A stretch of 53,050 nucleotides of DNA, filler included, from Dendrobates tinctorius (taxonomy: Eukaryota), in the NCBI RefSeq assembly GCF_039654945.1. It is 6 parts of 6 records of this genome, joined end to end, with 100 filler letters (N's around TTAATTAATTAA, not from the genome) between each part and the next. Parts side by side here need not be neighbours in the genome. Positions count along the whole stretch, not along the records: positions 41,219 to 51,053 come from NW_027361752.1; positions 51,154 to 53,050 come from NW_027361881.1; 4 more parts are not named here. One strand, written 5' to 3'. Below, piece by piece: positions 48,347-53,050 of this stretch. Below the pieces are notes generated by a model. It was given only the letters and a program-made list of their open reading frames with translations. It had not been told where the DNA came from and did not search any database. The translations under genes and the position numbers were made by a program. How positions within the stretch are numbered: position 1 is the first letter of the stretch; the number at the start of each line of letters is the position of its first letter.

Positions 48347-49530
48347 AAAAACAAACGAAGAAACAAAAAATTAAGTATAAGTAATAATACAACCAAATAA
48401 ATTAATAAATTAACCAATATGTTTCTTCCAACAGTTGGATGGCAGACCATCCGGTATAATTAAGAAAAACCAACTACTGATGCATCAAAGAGAACCAGAA
48501 TAATGGAAATGTATGTGTAAATACTAAAATAGAGGCAAAATATGTATAAAATAAGCCTTTATTAAAATTATGGCCAAACAACAACAGCAATATATAGAAA
48601 AATAAAAATATAAAAAAAATGGCAGAGAAAACCGCACAAAGCATAAATAATTAAATGTCTGTACTTATAATAATATCACCACTTATAGAATAGAAAAAAG
48701 GGGGGATATATATAATAATCCCTATATATAGCGACCTTTAAACATGGTAGGCACAATAAAACCAGAAAAAGAAAAAGAATAAAAAATAAAAGAAGAGAAT
48801 AAAAAATAATAAAATAAAAAACACAAAAAAGGTGATGTAAATATACCCAAAATTGGTGAAACACTAATATACATATACAGAATTGCATAAAAAAAATTGA
48901 TTAATATGCACCCAAAAATAATTCATTTATATGTGCATTTTAATATACCCAAAATTAGTGAAAGACTAATGTACACATGCATATTTACATATAAAAGAGT
49001 GATTCATGTACACCCAAAACTAGATTTACCTTTATGTGCATAAAAAGATGAAAAAATGTATATATGGTTAATTAATGTGCACCAAAGGTAGCTATATAAA
49101 AAACCTTATCCTCAAAAAGCGCTGTATAGCAGGAATACACCAAAAAATGGCCAAAAACCATAGAATAAACAGCACATGCGCTAAACAGTGCCACATGAAT
49201 AGAATGGGCCACCAAAAAACAGACCTAATACACCTTGCAGCGACTAATGAGGCGCTTACACAAAGGTGCCCTAACTATGCGGCGCTATACAGCACAATGC
49301 ACTGCATGAAGGACAAATGCTAATCAAGATAATAAGCTATGAATACACACCACAATGGGACACCCATGCAGCAAAACCTGTCATGGAAATACAGCGCAAT
49401 GTAGGACAATGGATTACCTGGAGGATGGATAACCAGGGAGTGGTGAAGGCGGTGTGCCAAATAGAACGCGCCCCGACGCGCGTTTCGGAAAAACTCCTTC
49501 GTCAGGGGGATGGATCAGTAGTTGGTTTTT
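48347..49530 (-). mobile_element. Non-coding hammerhead-bearing insertion (Penelope pLTR or retrozyme-like)
   Basis: Flanked by a 14-bp direct repeat CTCAGTATTTGTAA (48333-48346, 49531-49544). Hammerhead near the minus-strand 5' end, donor-like CAG|GTAATC near 49417, AATAAA near 48560. Confidence 0.7.
49471..49509 (-). ncRNA. Minimal type I hammerhead ribozyme
   Basis: CCCC-CUGACGA-A-GGAG-UUU-UUCC-GAAA-CGCGCG-UC-GGGG: complete core, stems I and II, palindromic stem III, GUC cleavage triplet. Confidence 0.85.
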
Positions 49531-49959
49531 CTCAGTATTTGTAAGCCAAAACCAGGAGAGGAACAATCAGAGGAGAAGTAGAATAGAAACCCGTCACCGC
49601 TCCTGGGTGCAGTTTACAAATACTGATGTGAAAAACTCACCAATTACGGACTGTGTGAACGCGGCCTTACATCCTGTCCTGGAATTTCTGGCTGGCTGAC
49701 AACCCTGATAAACAGACAGTGCACGTTTCTGTATGCGGGCTGTATACGAGGCGCACCGCTGCCTTTAGCACTGTTTATACTTTTCAATGCAAAAAAAAAT
49801 AACCTTCACAGGAAAATAGAGAAGTTCTGGCTCTTGGAAGCAAAGTAAGAGAAAAAAAAAAATGGCCTCAGCAGGAAAGGGGTTAATAGCCTTCCAGACG
49901 TGAAGCGCAAATGTTAACAAGTCATACATGAATAACGGGTGAACGTATGGAATGCCCCA

Positions 49960-50115
49960 TAGCAACCAATCAGACGTCTTCTTTCATTGTCTAAGCTGCA
50001 CTGGTAATGACAGCTGCGCTGTGATTGGCTGCCTGCGCCCCTCCTCTGTATAGTGTCCTCTATCCCAGCTCTCTGGTACGGATGACATTCTGCCAGGCTT
50101 CCGCCCATATCCAGC
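49960..50115 (+). promoter_or_regulatory. RDH14 proximal promoter
   Basis: CCAATCAG (~49966), inverted CCAAT (GATTGG ~50023) and CCGCCC (50101) ahead of a CpG-rich first exon. Confidence 0.6.
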
Positions 50116-50481
50116 ATGGCGGGCGGCTCCTCAGCGCTGATGGTGGCGGCGGCGGCGGCCGTAGCTTTGGGCGGCGGGCTCATCTTAGTAGCTCGGCGGC
50201 TTATGAGTAGCGGCAGCGCCCGGAGCGCGGCCTCCGCCCTGATGCAGGGAAAGACTGTAATTATCACCGGGGCTAACTGCGGGATAGGCCGGGCCACTGC
50301 CGCCGAGCTGCTCCGACTGCAGGCCCGGGTCATCCTGGCGTGCCGAGACCCGGAGAAGGCGGAGGAGGCGGCGAGGGAACTGCGGGAGGAGACCGGCGAC
50401 AGCGGCGGGGAGGTGCTGGTGAAGCAGCTGGACCTGAGCTCCATGGCGTCAGTGCGGAGGTTCTGCCAGGAGGTCGCCAGG
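50116..50481 (+). CDS. RDH14: Retinol dehydrogenase 14 (SDR family), coding exon 1
   Basis: Hydrophobic N-terminus, [24 protein letters not shown] (TGxxxGxG), [15 protein letters not shown], phase-0 donor AGG|GTGAGG. Closely resembles vertebrate RDH14 exon 1. Confidence 0.9.
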
Positions 50482-50505
50482 GTGAGGGCAGGCGCTGGGC
50501 GGATG

Positions 50506-51053
50506 TGTGTGTAGTGTGTGTGTGTATAGTGTATAGATGTACTGTGTGTGTGTATAGTGTATAGATGTACTGTGTGTGTGTATAGTGTATAGATGTAGTG
50601 TGTGTGTATAGTGTATAGATGTAGTGTGTGTGTATAGTGTATAGATGTAGTGTGTGTGTATAGATGTAGTGTGTGTGTATAGATGTAGTGTGTGTATAGT
50701 GTATAGATGTAGTGTGTGTGTGTATAGTGTATAGATGTAGTGTGTGTGTGTGTATAGTGTATAGATGTAGTGTGTGTATAGTGTATAGATGTAGTGTGTG
50801 TGTATATAGTGTATAGATGTAGTGTGTGTATAGATGTAGTGTGTGTATATAGTGTATAGATGTAGTGTGTGTATATAGTGTATAGATGTAGTGTGTGTGT
50901 GTATAGATGTAGTGTGTGTGTGTATAGATGTAGTGTGTGTATATAGTGTATAGATGTAGTGTGTGTGTGTATAGATGTAGTGTGTGTGTGTATAGATGTA
51001 GTGTGTGTGTGTATAGATGTAGTGTGTGTGTGTGTATAGATGTAGTGTGTGTG
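50506..51053. repeat. (GT)n-ATAGATGTA compound microsatellite in RDH14 intron 1
   Basis: Directly visible tandem units. Confidence 0.95.
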
Positions 51054-51153
51054 NNNNNNNNNNNNNNNNNNNNNNNNNNNNNNNNNNNNNNNNNNNNTTA
51101 ATTAATTAANNNNNNNNNNNNNNNNNNNNNNNNNNNNNNNNNNNNNNNNNNNN
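51054..51153. other. Artificial contig linker
   Basis: Same 100-nt linker. Confidence 0.97.
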
Positions 51154-51862
51154 CTTCTCCTATTCTTCTCCTTCCATCCTTCTTCTTTCAACCTTCTTCT
51201 TCTTATCCTTCTTCCCTTCTTCTTCCCTTCTTCCCTTCTTCTTCCCTTCTTCTTCTTCCATCTTTCTTCTTCTTCCATCTTTCTTCTTCTTCTTCCATCT
51301 TTCTTCTTCTCCTATTCTTCTCCTTCCANNNNNNNNNNNNNNNNNNNNNNNNNNNNNNNNNNNNNNNNNNNNNNNNNNNNNNNNNNNNNNNNNNNNNNNN
51401 NNNNNNNNNNNNNNNNNNNNNNNNNNNNNNNNNNNNNNNNNNNNNNNNNNNNNNNNNNNNNNNNNNNNNNNNNNNNNNNNNNNNNTTCTTTCCATCTTTC
51501 TTCTTCTTCCATCTTTCTTCTTCTTCCATCTTTCTTCTTCTTCCATCTTTCTTCTTCTTCCATCTTTCTTCTTCTTCCATCTTTCTTCTTCTTCCATCTT
51601 TCTTCTTCCATCTTTCTTCTTCTTCCATCTTTCTTCTTCCATCTTCTTCTTCCATCTTTCTTCTTCTTCTTCTTCCATCTTTCTTCTTCCCTTCTTCCAT
51701 CTTTCTTCTTCCCTTCTTCCATCTTTCTTCTTCCCTTCTTCCATCTTTCTTCTTCTTCCATTCTTCTTCTTCTTCCTTCCTTCTTCGATCCTTCTTCCTT
51801 CCTTCTTCCATCCTTCTTCCTTCCTTCTTTCTTTCTTCCTTCCTTCTTCCTTCTTCTTCTTC
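51154..51862. repeat. (CTT)n/TTCCATCT polypyrimidine repeat spanning an N gap (51329-51485)
   Basis: Directly visible. Confidence 0.95.
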
Positions 51863-51958
51863 CCCGGCCTCAGTCGCTCTCTCCTCCCTCCCGTCCTCCG
51901 TCCGCCCTCTGCCTCTGTCTCCCCCATTATCTACTTTCTTTCCTTTCCCGCAGAGAAG

Positions 51959-52168
51959 ATGCCCGCCTTCAAGCTGACGACACAAGCGTACTGCAAGATG
52001 ATGCTGCACGGCGCCAAGCACCCGGCCAGCTCTGTGAATGGCGTGTTAGTTGCGGAGAAGCAGAAGCGTAAAGAGGCTCTGCAGCAGCAGGTCCTGTTCG
52101 TGGACTGCATCCCGCTCTTCCATGGTACCATCGCTCTGTCCCCGGTACTGGAGGTGGCGCTGACGCTG
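51959..52168 (+). CDS. EMC8: ER membrane protein complex subunit 8, first coding exon
   Basis: [22 protein letters not shown]...[25 protein letters not shown] matches EMC8/COX4NB rather than EMC9; donor CTG|GTAAGA. Confidence 0.93.
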
Positions 52169-52503
52169 GTAAGAAGCCGCTCACCTCTGCGGTGCAGTGT
52201 GTCGGTGGTGTTACTGACTCCGCTGACACATTGTAACGACCCTCCGCTCTGCTAGGTGAGCCGGGCTTTATTATTACTGGATGGAAGCAATAAATGTTGT
52301 CATTCACTGACGGCGATCAGAGATCCTGCAGACGATGTCACAGATTTTCTTCCGTTCCTTTTTGCTCGGGGTGTTCCTGTGTGTAGAGATCCCCCCCGGA
52401 TCTGTAATAGTTTGGTTTTCGGGGGGCTGTAGTGTCGGTTCTCACAGTCCCATCTTGGTGTAGTGTTCTCGCTGAATCGCTCTGTCGCCATGTTCCTTCG
52501 CAG

Positions 52504-52580
52504 ATCGACACGTGGTGTAAAGAGAACAGTTACGTGATCGCCGGCTACTATCAAGGGAACGAGCGGCTGAAAGACAACAG
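52504..52580 (+). CDS. EMC8: EMC8 second coding exon (77 bp)
   Basis: Acceptor TTCGCAG|ATC; [25 protein letters not shown]; donor AG|GTCAGT; frame continuous with the previous exon. Confidence 0.93.
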
Positions 52581-52631
52581 GTCAGTGCTGCGCCAGATGC
52601 ATCACCCTCCACCAGTCACATGACTGATACA

Positions 52632-53050
52632 CGGTGGCGGGTAAAATTCTGGGCACCCCTGGTCAAAATGACTGTTATTGTGAACAGACAAGCTGCAAGC
52701 TGAAGATGAAATAATCCAAAAGGCCTAAAGTTACAGATGACACATTTCCTTTGTATTTTAGGCAAAAAATATATTTTCATCTTTTACAGTTTAAAAGTTA
52801 CAAAAAGAAAAATGGGCCGATACAAAAGTTTGGGCATCCTGCTTGGTTAGTACCTAGTAGTGCCCCATTTTTTGAAAGTATGACAGCTTGCAAACACTCT
52901 TATACCTAGCCAAGAGTCTTTCAGTTCTTGTGTGAGGGATTTTCCTCCATTCTTCCTTGGAAAATTCTTCCTGTTCTGTGAGATTCCTGGGTCGTCTTCC
53001 ATCCTCTGCTGTTTTGAGGTTTAGCGACAGATTTTCAATGATGTTCTGAT
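52632..53050 (-). mobile_element. Tc1 3' end in an EMC8 intron
   Basis: TIR-like GGTGGCGGGTAAAATTCTGGGCACCC with inner repeat AAAAGTTTGGGCATCC. Minus strand encodes IENL...PRNLTE...EEWRKIP. Confidence 0.75.

Larger units (their letters stand above)
48122..49666. mobile_element. Harbinger-type MITE with amplified left end and an internal insertion
   Basis: GGCCACGGTCACAC ... GTGTGAACGCGGCC|TTA. Confidence 0.75.

Noticed and set aside
49914-50444. 176-aa minus-strand ORF
   Set aside because: It is an antisense shadow of the GC-rich RDH14 exon.
51160-52021. Lys/Glu/Arg-rich minus-strand ORFs
   Set aside because: They translate a GAA-type simple repeat across an N gap and run antisense to EMC8.
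50116-52580. RDH14-EMC8 fusion or nested gene
   Set aside because: An artificial linker at 51054-51153 separates the two genes.

Overview
This is repeat-dense vertebrate genomic DNA. It is probably anuran amphibian, inferred from the TE repertoire and gene sequences. The window is not one continuous locus. Five identical 100-nt linkers (44 N + TTAATTAATTAA + 44 N) join six segments: 1-12705, 12806-23425, 23526-24588, 24689-41118, 41219-51053 and 51154-53050. A plain N gap lies at 51329-51485. Host coding sequence is limited to the first coding exon of RDH14 (50116-50481) and two coding exons of EMC8 (51959-52168, 52504-52580). There is also an unidentified minus-strand CpG-island promoter with a likely non-coding first exon near 42.6 kb. 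Most of the rest is mobile DNA and satellites: a decayed Gmr1-type Ty3/gypsy element (PR-INT-RT-RH order), solo LTRs, CR1 and L2 LINEs, Tc1 copies (one DD36E), Harbinger-, piggyBac-, Kolobok- and mariner-type MITEs, a Helitron-like end and a collapsed DIRS remnant. The most interesting signals are (i) a canonical minimal hammerhead ribozyme in a TSD-flanked non-coding insertion just upstream of RDH14, plus two U3-A8 variant motifs, and (ii) several tRNA-Leu PBS-like copies inside the LTRs. Most long ORFs in the ORF track are satellite artefacts. All family assignments come from motif recognition by eye; no database search was run.
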